IMG/VR virus record: IMGVR_UViG_3300044858_003017
DNA: 64,000 nt
Source of the DNA: a virus
Strand: one strand, 5' to 3'
In this document: one piece after another, positions 30,526 to 39,558 of the stretch
How positions within the stretch are numbered: position 1 is the first letter of the stretch
How the letters are laid out: the number at the start of each line of letters is the position of its first letter
Notes under the pieces: model-generated
What the model saw: the letters and a program-made list of their open reading frames with translations, nothing else
Databases searched by the model: none
Told to the model about the DNA's origin: nothing
Made by a program: the position numbers and the translations under genes

Positions 30526-33086
30526 TATTTTGCTAACGGTGTTGTAAATTTTTGTTGTTTTACCATTGGAATTTCAGATGCTGCTTTAAATTGTCCTAAA
30601 TCACCAGGATTAATTACTTCATTACCAAAGCCAATTGCCTCTTCAATCATTTTAAATGGCCATGTTCCAAAAACATATGCTAATAAGGTTGCAATTACGC
30701 CTTGTTTTTCATCAATATTATCCGAATCGACACCTATTTTTTCAAAAAAGTCTCGAAACTCATTATAATATACGTCCAATCGTTTTAGATTTAGCATTCC
30801 GTCTAATACCTTTAAAAATCCTCGAACTAGGCCTCCAATATATTTGTTTAAAAATGCACTTTTTTGAAAAGCTTCATTAACCCATTTGCCTACAGTTCCT
30901 TCTAAATCGAATGCTTTTCCTGCGCCAAAATCATATTTGGCAAATCCTACTTTGGCTGTATCATAAAAATTATAAATTCGATTTGGCATTATTGCCCGTA
31001 TGTTATTCCAAAAACTCATAGCCCATATTTTATATACAGCATTACCTTTTTGTATGCAATCTATAATAACATCATCTAAAAATTTATTAAGAGCGTCTGC
31101 ATTTCTGGCCAAAGGTGCTAAAACTAAATCATTAAATGTTCTTCTAAATCCTAGACCAGTACCGAGTGAATCTCGTAATACTCTAGAAAATGCAGCTACA
31201 ATCTCTCGCATACCCGCTTCACCAATTTGTTGTATTGTTTGGCTTCCGAAGCGATCAAATAACGCCGGAAAATATCTTTGAAATATTGCCGGACGTTCTA
31301 ATAACCATTCTGTTAACAATCTAGGATTTTCTCGGAAATATGCATATGCAGCATCAAATATTATTTGTCCGCCATTTTGTGTCCCCACTAACGTTGTAAA
31401 AAATCTAATACCATCTCTGCCTTGTTTTACATATTGAATAAAACTATCAATCATAGAACGTTGAAATGCATCAAACCATTTTTTTCCAACAATTCTATAA
31501 AACATCCTAGTTACCATACCAGCATTTTTAGCTAATTCTGTAGTTAACCCCTTAAGTACTTCTCGTATACCACGGTTTCCTACATATCCTGCAACTTCGG
31601 CCGTACCTTTAGAACCAGCGACTACCAAATCACTAGCAGTATCCATTCCTTTTGCAATTTCATCCATAGATCTAGCAAATTGTCGCGCGTAGTCTTCAAG
31701 TGGTCGACCATAATTTGCAACTATATCATCTAAAACGCGACCGACCCAACCTACAATTGCACGTCCACGCAAGTTTCTAGCAATGTCCATTAATCTACGA
31801 AGTCCGCTCGTAACAGCACTTAGAGCCTGAGATGCAAATGATCTTAATGCTTGCCTTGCTGCTCTATTTCGAGCTAAGTATTCTATGAATGTTCTACGGG
31901 CGCCTTGTGCCCATGCCCTAGGACCTTGTCGAATTAAATATTCCAAGGCTTCAATTCCAGTTTTGCCGCCAATTTTTAATCCTTTAAATGCTAATTTAAA
32001 ACCATTTTTAAATACACTACCAAACAGTGGTATTATTGCAATCATTGATAACAATGCTTCTAATTTCTTACCGCGTATCCAATATACCAATCCATTAAGT
32101 ACATCAATAGCATCACCATATCCTGGAATTAATCCTGCCCAATCTGCAACACTTTGAATTCTATCAACCCACGATGTTGCAGAAAAATCATATTCTTTTT
32201 GATTTTTCCATTTCGTTTCATATTTTCTTTTAACGCCGGTAATATCTAACCATAAAGCTCGTGCAAATCCTGCACCCTTATATGGATCATAATTTTTTTC
32301 TAAAAATTTATTGTTAAATGTAAACATTAATGTATAATCATTTTGAACGCCAGTTAATATCGGAGCTTCTTTTTCTAATTCCGAATATATTGAAATTTTA
32401 TTGCCCGTTACTTTATAAGTAAATGCTGATTCTTTTGCCATTGATAGTGTCTCGGGCATAATTGTTACAGTTCCGTCTGGATGAAATCGCATAAATGCAA
32501 TAGATTTACCTTTATTGTCTGTACATAAAATTTCATAATCATACCATTGATTACCCGGATTTGATCTATCAAATACATATCCCGAATTCATACGTTCGCC
32601 TTTATCTGCTTTACCGTATTGTGGATCTTGCTGTACAATTTGTTTAAAGAAATTATCAGCTGCAGTGTTTTTCCATTTATTAAATGGCGTTGACTTATCG
32701 AATTTACCAGTTTTAATAAATTTTAATATTTCTGCTTGTTGATTGTTTACTATGAAATTATAACTTTTTGATAAAAAATCTTTTTTAACCTTCTCAGCTG
32801 ATTTTAGAATATTTAAAATATGTTGCTTATTTGATGCGGCAAATGTCTGTGCATCAGTTCTTGCAAGGTCTGACCCTGTTTTAGGATTCCACGGTGCTAT
32901 TTGTTCATTTAATGATTTGATTTCTGTATCATTTAATTGACCAAATCGCAATTCATGATATTCTCGTAAAAATTTTAATATGCGAACATGTTTTTCTATG
33001 TCAATATTAGCTGATACATTATTTGCAGATAATGGTATTAATTGCGGTTTTAATGATGATTCAATAATTAAATCTAATGATTTCAT
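30525..33086 (-). CDS. large hypothetical protein with pre-toxin TG-like segment
   Basis: DWAGLIPGYGDAIDVLNGLVY...EALLSMIAIIPLFG; MKSLDLIIE start. Confidence 0.7.
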   Translation of the reverse strand: MKSLDLIIESSLKPQLIPLSANNVSANIDIEKHVRILKFLREYHELRFGQLNDTEIKSLNEQIAPWNPKTGSDLARTDAQTFAASNKQHILNILKSAEKVKKDFLSKSYNFIVNNQQAEILKFIKTGKFDKSTPFNKWKNTAADNFFKQIVQQDPQYGKADKGERMNSGYVFDRSNPGNQWYDYEILCTDNKGKSIAFMRFHPDGTVTIMPETLSMAKESAFTYKVTGNKISIYSELEKEAPILTGVQNDYTLMFTFNNKFLEKNYDPYKGAGFARALWLDITGVKRKYETKWKNQKEYDFSATSWVDRIQSVADWAGLIPGYGDAIDVLNGLVYWIRGKKLEALLSMIAIIPLFGSVFKNGFKLAFKGLKIGGKTGIEALEYLIRQGPRAWAQGARRTFIEYLARNRAARQALRSFASQALSAVTSGLRRLMDIARNLRGRAIVGWVGRVLDDIVANYGRPLEDYARQFARSMDEIAKGMDTASDLVVAGSKGTAEVAGYVGNRGIREVLKGLTTELAKNAGMVTRMFYRIVGKKWFDAFQRSMIDSFIQYVKQGRDGIRFFTTLVGTQNGGQIIFDAAYAYFRENPRLLTEWLLERPAIFQRYFPALFDRFGSQTIQQIGEAGMREIVAAFSRVLRDSLGTGLGFRRTFNDLVLAPLARNADALNKFLDDVIIDCIQKGNAVYKIWAMSFWNNIRAIMPNRIYNFYDTAKVGFAKYDFGAGKAFDLEGTVGKWVNEAFQKSAFLNKYIGGLVRGFLKVLDGMLNLKRLDVYYNEFRDFFEKIGVDSDNIDEKQGVIATLLAYVFGTWPFKMIEEAIGFGNEVINPGDLGQFKAASEIPMVKQQKFTTPLAK

Positions 33087-33116
33087 AATATTATATACCT
33101 TTTTTAATAAATATGT

Positions 33117-33464
33117 TTACTTCCAAAAGAGTTGGACTAAAATAAGTGATAGCGCTAGCAATAACGATACCGATGTTTTTAAATTAACAGCTTCGCCTTT
33201 AAACATGTATGTCATAATGGTAAATACAATGATGCCGGCTACAAAAGATGTAAAACGACCAGGCCAGAATTGTCCGCCATACCCGGATACTGCATATCGC
33301 GTTGCTTCCATAAACGCCCATGTTATGGGAACTCCTAATAACATCAATGCAAATTTATATGTTCTAGCCCATTGCCATAATAAAGGACCATTTACTTGAA
33401 CCCAAACGACAATTTGGCCAAGAAAAAATATCAATAAAGATATTACAACGTGTTTATAATTCAT
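33117..33464 (-). CDS. four-TM membrane protein (DMT/SMR-like topology)
   Basis: four hydrophobic helices in 115 aa; TAATG-coupled. Confidence 0.7.
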   Translation of the reverse strand: MNYKHVVISLLIFFLGQIVVWVQVNGPLLWQWARTYKFALMLLGVPITWAFMEATRYAVSGYGGQFWPGRFTSFVAGIIVFTIMTYMFKGEAVNLKTSVSLLLALSLILVQLFWK

Positions 33465-34141
33465 TATTCAGATTGATTTGTTGCGTATTTTATTCCCATG
33501 ATTGTTCCAATAATACTAAATGCGTTGGTAAGCAATATTCCAAATATGTTTGACCAAGCTGCACTTATAACTTGAGTATCTTTTCCAACAATCAAAGTAA
33601 ATACATATACGCCTGTGGTAATGACGCCAACGCCGACAATTACATAAAGTGCAACTTTAACTATGGTTGAAATAAGTTCTGTTTGATTGCGCTTTTGTAA
33701 TAAATCCAAATCATTTTCTGCATTTTGTTTTGCAGCCTCTGCTTCTAATTTTGATTGTTCAGCACGTACCATTTCTACTCGTAACTCTTCCGTTAAACGA
33801 ATGTTAGTTGTTTTCCATTCATTCAACTCTTTATTTTGTTGTTCAAATGCCGTTTTTGATTGTTCAACATTTTCTAAGGTATCTTGTAACTCAGTTAATA
33901 TTCTTTGATTTTCATCATTCAATGAAGTCAATTCTTCATTTTGTTTTTGAATCTTTTTAGTCATCTCCAGACGCTTCTTTCGTTTTTCTGCGTCTTTAGA
34001 TTCACATTCTTTCAAATACTCTTTAAAGTCTTCATCATCTTCTCGTTCAATAAGCTTTGTAATATTGCCTTCGAGACCAATACCTTTTTTCTGATAAAGT
34101 TCAATTAACTGTTTTTTAGTATTGTCATCAATTTTAATCAT
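33464..34141 (-). CDS. coiled-coil protein with two C-terminal TM helices
   Basis: E/K/Q-rich heptads then two hydrophobic segments; ATGA-coupled to the receiver gene. Confidence 0.75.
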   Translation of the reverse strand: MIKIDDNTKKQLIELYQKKGIGLEGNITKLIEREDDEDFKEYLKECESKDAEKRKKRLEMTKKIQKQNEELTSLNDENQRILTELQDTLENVEQSKTAFEQQNKELNEWKTTNIRLTEELRVEMVRAEQSKLEAEAAKQNAENDLDLLQKRNQTELISTIVKVALYVIVGVGVITTGVYVFTLIVGKDTQVISAAWSNIFGILLTNAFSIIGTIMGIKYATNQSE

Positions 34142-34575
34142 TTATAAATTTTAAATGGTGCTGTTCTATTTTTATAACCATCATAGTCTTTTCTAAAGTC
34201 TTCTAATCTAGGTTCTATATCATCTGATTTGATAATCCAAAACTGCGCTCCTACTTGTATAGCACGAGCTTGCTCTTCTGATTCATTTGATGATGAAATG
34301 ATTCCAATGACAACTTGATTGCCATATTCAAAATTAATTTTTCGTATCAATTCGATGCCATCAAATGAACTACCAATTATATTTAAATCAACAAATACGC
34401 ATTCTGGTTTTTCATCCGAACCACCATCATTAAACCATCGTTTAAATTTCTTTTCCGCCTCATCTGCACTACTAAGTGACTGCAATGATAAACTTATATC
34501 AAGCAATGAACATGCATCTTCAAACACTAAATGGAATAAATCCTCATCATCTACTAACAAAATTGAATCAATCAT
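34138..34575 (-). CDS. single-domain response regulator (CheY-like receiver)
   Basis: LLVDDE, VFVDLN phospho-Asp, DGIELI, ISSS, conserved K in WIIKS; no output domain. Confidence 0.92.
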   Translation of the reverse strand: MIDSILLVDDEDLFHLVFEDACSLLDISLSLQSLSSADEAEKKFKRWFNDGGSDEKPECVFVDLNIIGSSFDGIELIRKINFEYGNQVVIGIISSSNESEEQARAIQVGAQFWIIKSDDIEPRLEDFRKDYDGYKNRTAPFKIYK

Positions 34576-34584
34576 CTCTTTTCT

Positions 34585-35997
34585 TTATTTTACTTTTATT
34601 TTTATTTTAGTTCCAATTTCATTTTCCTCACATTCCATATCAAATCCATGCTCTTTTAATATAGCAAAAGATATGTTTAATCCAAGGCCAATTTCATCAT
34701 TATTTTCTTTCGAAACCGATTTTAAATGTTTTTTAAATTCTTTATTTGTCATACCAATTCCATTGTCTTGTACTATGATATGATTCCCTTCTATAAATAT
34801 CGATACGGTTTTGTTTTCGCTGTTATTGTATTTCAATCCGTTCTTAACTAAATTCTCAATTGCATTGCAAAATAATATTGAATTAACTGGTAATACTCCT
34901 AATTCTGAAATTGAAACTTGTTTAGCATAAGATGTCTTTTCAAAATAGTCATTTAATAATTGCGTAACATCTTGTTCGTCCGTATCAAAATCTACAGTAC
35001 GTTTAACTAGATTAGTAAATTCATATACGCTTTTATAAACTCGTTGTGTATGATTTAATCCTTCGCGTACCATTTTAAGTGACCCTTCAATCTTAAGTTG
35101 TTTGATAGTATCCACAGGTAATCTTTTTTCTAATGACGATATCCCACGTGGTATGTATGTGTTGATACCAGAGTGCATATCGTGCCTAATAATTCGCGCA
35201 GCATATTCTAAGTAGGTGTTTTTAGTATTTATATCCGCCAACTGTCTAATTATTTCTTTGTCTTGACCTTTAATTGTTTTTCGTTGGAATAAAATCATAA
35301 TACCTAAAAACATAAGTAAAATAGTAATACCCGCGCCAATCAAGTAATTATTTAATTTCTTCGCATCATCTTTTAATTTAACTGCTTCAACTTTCATTTT
35401 TTCTTCTTTAACAGTTAAATCAATGATTGTCTTTTCTTTGCCTAAATTCTTAATAGATTCATCCTTCGCTTTAATTACTTCGGGACTAGCATGACTTCTA
35501 ATAAGTGCTTCTTTTTCTTTGATTAGTTTTTCTATTTGGCCTTCAATCTCTTGTGCTAATTTCTTCATGTCCGTTGGACTCACATTTTCAAAAGACTTTG
35601 GTATACTTTGTAAAAATTCTTTATCGCTTTGCAAACTTGCTGCTATATCAGCTGGCACTTCTTCTTCAAATACAACTTCGGGTTCTAATTTTACAATTTC
35701 AACATGTGCCTTTACTCGTTCAAAATACCAATCAGCTCCTTCATACATGTCTCGTTGTCTAAACGCTTTACCCAATTGTCTACATATGTCAGCTTCATTC
35801 TTAGTAATATTGCGTTTTGATTTTTGTAAATCATCAATTCCAACTTTGTTAATTAAAGCTGTTATCTGCGGGTCTTCGGGACATGTAGGTATTCCTTTAA
35901 CCCAAACAATTGATTGTTCTGGATCGATTATTCTTGTTTGTGACGTAACGTTAATGGTTACGCATAATAATAATATCGTTAATAATAAATGTTTCAT
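34585..35997 (-). CDS. sensor histidine kinase with periplasmic domain (start moved to MKHLLL)
   Basis: signal peptide, extracytoplasmic helical domain, TM, H-box RHDMHSG, N-box NLVKNGLKYN, DNGIG, GLGL. Confidence 0.9.
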   Translation of the reverse strand: MKHLLLTILLLCVTINVTSQTRIIDPEQSIVWVKGIPTCPEDPQITALINKVGIDDLQKSKRNITKNEADICRQLGKAFRQRDMYEGADWYFERVKAHVEIVKLEPEVVFEEEVPADIAASLQSDKEFLQSIPKSFENVSPTDMKKLAQEIEGQIEKLIKEKEALIRSHASPEVIKAKDESIKNLGKEKTIIDLTVKEEKMKVEAVKLKDDAKKLNNYLIGAGITILLMFLGIMILFQRKTIKGQDKEIIRQLADINTKNTYLEYAARIIRHDMHSGINTYIPRGISSLEKRLPVDTIKQLKIEGSLKMVREGLNHTQRVYKSVYEFTNLVKRTVDFDTDEQDVTQLLNDYFEKTSYAKQVSISELGVLPVNSILFCNAIENLVKNGLKYNNSENKTVSIFIEGNHIIVQDNGIGMTNKEFKKHLKSVSKENNDEIGLGLNISFAILKEHGFDMECEENEIGTKIKIKVK

Positions 35998-36629
35998 GGC
36001 GTTGGTAGTATTTGATAAGGGAATTGAAATTGAGTTGGTCTCCATCTATCTTTATAATATGTCAACCAATCTTCATTAGGTTCATCTTTTATCTCTCGAT
36101 TATAATTTTTCCAATATGGATCATCAGAAACTGGTCCGCGTCTGGCTATAGAAAAATTACCAGTTCTTCTATGTCCAACAATTATATAAGAAGCTAGGTC
36201 TATTGCCATAACTGTAGATTTAGTATATGAATAATATATGATTGCATTGCTAGATGCCGTATTATACAACCATGTACTAACGCTATCATATCTTTGTTGC
36301 AAACTATCAAAATTACTAAATTTATTTTTAAGAGTAAATTGTAAATTGTTTGCAACAGCTTGTAGACTATCGATTACTAATTGTTGTTTGTCTTGTTGTT
36401 TTATCATTTCTAGATTAAGACTATCAATTATTGTTTGTTGTTTAGCAATATTGTTTTTATAAAATGCAACTCTGCTTCGTTGGTTTGCAAGAAGAAGTTC
36501 TATATCTTGATTTTGTTCAACGGTATAAATAACTACAGAATCGCCTTTTAATATAGTTTGTACTGGATAGTTTTGCGATAATGATATAAAAGATATTGCA
36601 ATAAGTAATATCGTCAATAACCGTTTCAT
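35994..36629 (-). CDS. secreted/periplasmic coiled-coil protein
   Basis: Sec signal peptide, IDSL-type heptads; ATGA-coupled on both sides. Confidence 0.75.
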   Translation of the reverse strand: MKRLLTILLIAISFISLSQNYPVQTILKGDSVVIYTVEQNQDIELLLANQRSRVAFYKNNIAKQQTIIDSLNLEMIKQQDKQQLVIDSLQAVANNLQFTLKNKFSNFDSLQQRYDSVSTWLYNTASSNAIIYYSYTKSTVMAIDLASYIIVGHRRTGNFSIARRGPVSDDPYWKNYNREIKDEPNEDWLTYYKDRWRPTQFQFPYQILPTP

Positions 36630-37531
36630 GTCAACCTTATTTTTAATTTAGTTCCAATATTGTTTTTTTCACATGAAATTCCAAATCCATGTTCTTGTAG
36701 TATAGCAATACAAATATTCAATCCCAATCCACTGCCAGTTTCTTTTTGTCCTTCTTTTCTAGTATATGGTTGAGATAATGTATCAAATTCTTGTTGAGTT
36801 ATGCCGCGGCCATTATCTTGCAAAATCAACAAATCATTTTCCATATATATCTTAACTAATTTTAGATCACTATCGTTGTATTTTAATCCATTGCGAATTA
36901 AATTATCTAATGCTGTACAAAACAATGATTCATTAACTGATACAATGGGTAATTCGTCAATGATAACTTGACTTTTATATGAAGTAGATGCTAGATAATT
37001 TTCTAAGATAGTTTTTAAATTGTGATCGGCTCTATCTAATACGGCATCTTTTTTTACTAGATTAGTAAATTCATAAACACCTTTATAAACTTTTTGGGAA
37101 TGAGCAAGTCCTTCCTTTATCATTTTCAATGGTGCTTCAATTTTTAATTCTGCGATTACAGAATCAGGTACTCTGCGTTCTAAAGATGATATGCCTCTCG
37201 GAATATAAGTATTAATACCCGAATGCATATCGTGTCTAAGTATCTTTGCTGCATGTTCCAGATATGTATTTTGTTTGCGTACTTCGCCAACCTGATTATT
37301 AATCTCTTCAATCATCCGTCGTTTTTGTAATAAGAATTCAGATGCAAAAACAAAGAATGGAAATATAAATCCAATTACACAACCATATCCAAATTTGCTT
37401 AGTTCATAACTAGTAGAACACCAACCCATAATGGCACAAATTTGTACAATAAAGAAAATAATCATAATAGCACCAGTAATTCCTAGTGCTATTTTTGATT
37501 TTAATGATATGCCCGATAATGCATTGCGCAT
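36626..37531 (-). CDS. two-TM histidine kinase (start moved to MRNALS)
   Basis: two TM helices, H-box RHDMHSG, NLIRNGLKYN, DNGRG, GSGLGL; TAATG overlap with amidase stop. Confidence 0.9.
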   Translation of the reverse strand: MRNALSGISLKSKIALGITGAIMIIFFIVQICAIMGWCSTSYELSKFGYGCVIGFIFPFFVFASEFLLQKRRMIEEINNQVGEVRKQNTYLEHAAKILRHDMHSGINTYIPRGISSLERRVPDSVIAELKIEAPLKMIKEGLAHSQKVYKGVYEFTNLVKKDAVLDRADHNLKTILENYLASTSYKSQVIIDELPIVSVNESLFCTALDNLIRNGLKYNDSDLKLVKIYMENDLLILQDNGRGITQQEFDTLSQPYTRKEGQKETGSGLGLNICIAILQEHGFGISCEKNNIGTKLKIRLT

Positions 37532-38208
37532 TACAATGTTTTCAGCATTGCAATCATACGAGGACAAGGATATATATCCGATTTATCCTTACGATATGAA
37601 TTGTGCGTATACACACCTACTTCTCCTTTCAAAGCTCGCGTTGATACTGACCACATATCTTCTTCTCGGTATGTTAAGTCAATGCCGTAAGTGTCTCGCC
37701 AATGTAACAATAATTGTTTAACAGATTCAATTTGTGCATCTGTATACGCATGATAATATTTATGTCCTTTATATGGCGTTTCTAATTCCGTCACTTGATC
37801 TGCAGGAATTTCTCGATCCACATAATTATAAAATTTATCTCCAACTTTGTCTAATCCACCCCAGTTACAAATTTCAATTCCAATTGATATCTTATCTAAT
37901 GCTTTGTAAGGAACGCCCTTAGCTTTAAACACATCTTGTTTAAGTCCTAAATGATATCCCCAATGCTTAGATGAAAATGCTTGACAAATTTCTCCGTCGT
38001 ATGTATCTTTTGATACGCCTTTACCAGATATAGTAACGCAAGTTGCAATTCGTCCTCTATCATCATTAGCCCACATTTTAATTGTGCCTGGGCCTGATGA
38101 ATTACCTGCGGTGTGATGCAATACGATTTGTTTCTTTTCTGTTGCTTCTTTAATATACTGTGACTCTGGTAATGGAACTTGTTTAATTTTTGATGTATCT
38201 AAACTCAT
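37531..38208 (-). CDS. N-acetylmuramoyl-L-alanine amidase (Amidase_2 endolysin)
   Basis: IVLHHTAG, SIGIEICN, YTDAQIES, HNSYRKDKSD. Confidence 0.9.
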   Translation of the reverse strand: MSLDTSKIKQVPLPESQYIKEATEKKQIVLHHTAGNSSGPGTIKMWANDDRGRIATCVTISGKGVSKDTYDGEICQAFSSKHWGYHLGLKQDVFKAKGVPYKALDKISIGIEICNWGGLDKVGDKFYNYVDREIPADQVTELETPYKGHKYYHAYTDAQIESVKQLLLHWRDTYGIDLTYREEDMWSVSTRALKGEVGVYTHNSYRKDKSDIYPCPRMIAMLKTL

Positions 38209-38210
38209 AT

Positions 38211-38639
38211 TTAACCTTTATTTCGTAAACCTTTATGTAAATCAATTTTATCTAAAATTTCTAATAAAACTTTTCCTTCAATCAATCCCAACATTGATGC
38301 ATTCTTTAATGCACTAACAAGTTGAAATATTATGAATGGCAATAAAATGGTTTCACTCAACCACCCCGTACCCGGAAAACCTTTTTCGATAACTAACAAT
38401 ACCGTTAAAAACATAATCCATACTACCAATGTTCTCAAAACTTTAAGAGCTTTAAATGTTTTGAAGCCTTCATTTTTAGTACCAGCAATTACTCCAAAGA
38501 ACCCATCTGTCATTACTACTGCAACCAATGCCAAATACTGATCTGAATTTGACATTGCCAAGTTGAAGAAATATGTACAAATGAATGCCATCAATGTACT
38601 TGCCGAATATATTATCGCCGATAATGTTGTTGTTTTCAT
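38211..38639 (-). CDS. phage holin (toxin-secretion/holin family-like)
   Basis: multi-TM with D-x-x-x-G-V-I-A and SALKNA-x-x-LG pattern; adjacent to endolysin. Confidence 0.75.
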   Translation of the reverse strand: MKTTTLSAIIYSASTLMAFICTYFFNLAMSNSDQYLALVAVVMTDGFFGVIAGTKNEGFKTFKALKVLRTLVVWIMFLTVLLVIEKGFPGTGWLSETILLPFIIFQLVSALKNASMLGLIEGKVLLEILDKIDLHKGLRNKG

Positions 38640-39229
38640 TATTTAACGTCCGCAGATTCAATCAATGTATAAGTAAAAGAATTTCCATGGATGTCTTTGG
38701 CTTTACGACAAATTGTCATAAATTCTTCAAAATCTTTAACTCTTTTAAATACTTGACAACCTTCAGACCAATTTTCAACATAAGTTGAATCTGCACCCGC
38801 TTTGTGAATGTTGATTCCAAAAACACCTTCATCCACTTTGTTTTCAGCGTATGTCATGTTGCGATCTGCATCACGAAATACTTTTACTGATTTATATTGT
38901 TTTAATGCTTCATACTTACCTTGATGCAAACCAATTCCGTGTGAACCTCTGTATTGACCTTCAACTAATCGAGCAACGCCTTTTGCATTGTGATATTGCT
39001 GAACACCTTTCTTACCTGGATCAGTTGTACATGGCCATGCATGAAATTTCCATTCGCCATCAACTTTATATGATACTGTCATGATATCATCAAACACGTT
39101 AGTAACTTTATCACCTGTTGCAGAATTTCGTACTCCTACAATATTCACATCATAATTTTTTGCACCTTCAAACCAAACATATCCTTTAGCTTTTACGGTA
39201 GCTTCAATTTGTTCTCTTGTATAAGACAT
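38639..39229 (-). CDS. L,D-transpeptidase (YkuD)-like cell-wall enzyme
   Basis: GINIHKAG...WSEGCQ His/Cys catalytic pattern. Confidence 0.65.
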   Translation of the reverse strand: MSYTREQIEATVKAKGYVWFEGAKNYDVNIVGVRNSATGDKVTNVFDDIMTVSYKVDGEWKFHAWPCTTDPGKKGVQQYHNAKGVARLVEGQYRGSHGIGLHQGKYEALKQYKSVKVFRDADRNMTYAENKVDEGVFGINIHKAGADSTYVENWSEGCQVFKRVKDFEEFMTICRKAKDIHGNSFTYTLIESADVK

Positions 39230-39238
39230 TGTTAACCT

Positions 39239-39493
39239 TTATATTTCTTCGCTGTTTTCGTTATTTGATTTTTTTCCTGCAAACTTTTCTAAACCTGCAA
39301 TTCCTAAACTTCCCAATGTTACAATAACAAATGAATTGTAAATGTATTCATTTAATTTTAATTCATTACCAAAATATCCTGTTATTAAATCTACAACCAT
39401 TGCAAGTGTCATAACTGCAAATGACATAAATCCAATAATGGTTTTTTCATTGTAATCATTCGAATCTTTAAAGATTTGTTTGAATCCGCCCAT
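39239..39493 (-). CDS. small two-TM holin-like protein (start moved to MGGFKQ)
   Basis: two TM helices, charged tail; GGGAG and ATATTTAT upstream. Confidence 0.65.
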   Translation of the reverse strand: MGGFKQIFKDSNDYNEKTIIGFMSFAVMTLAMVVDLITGYFGNELKLNEYIYNSFVIVTLGSLGIAGLEKFAGKKSNNENSEEI

Positions 39494-39558
39494 TATATCT
39501 CCCGTTAAATTATTACTTTCGTATAAATATAACAAAACAAACAAATCAATGAGAAAAT

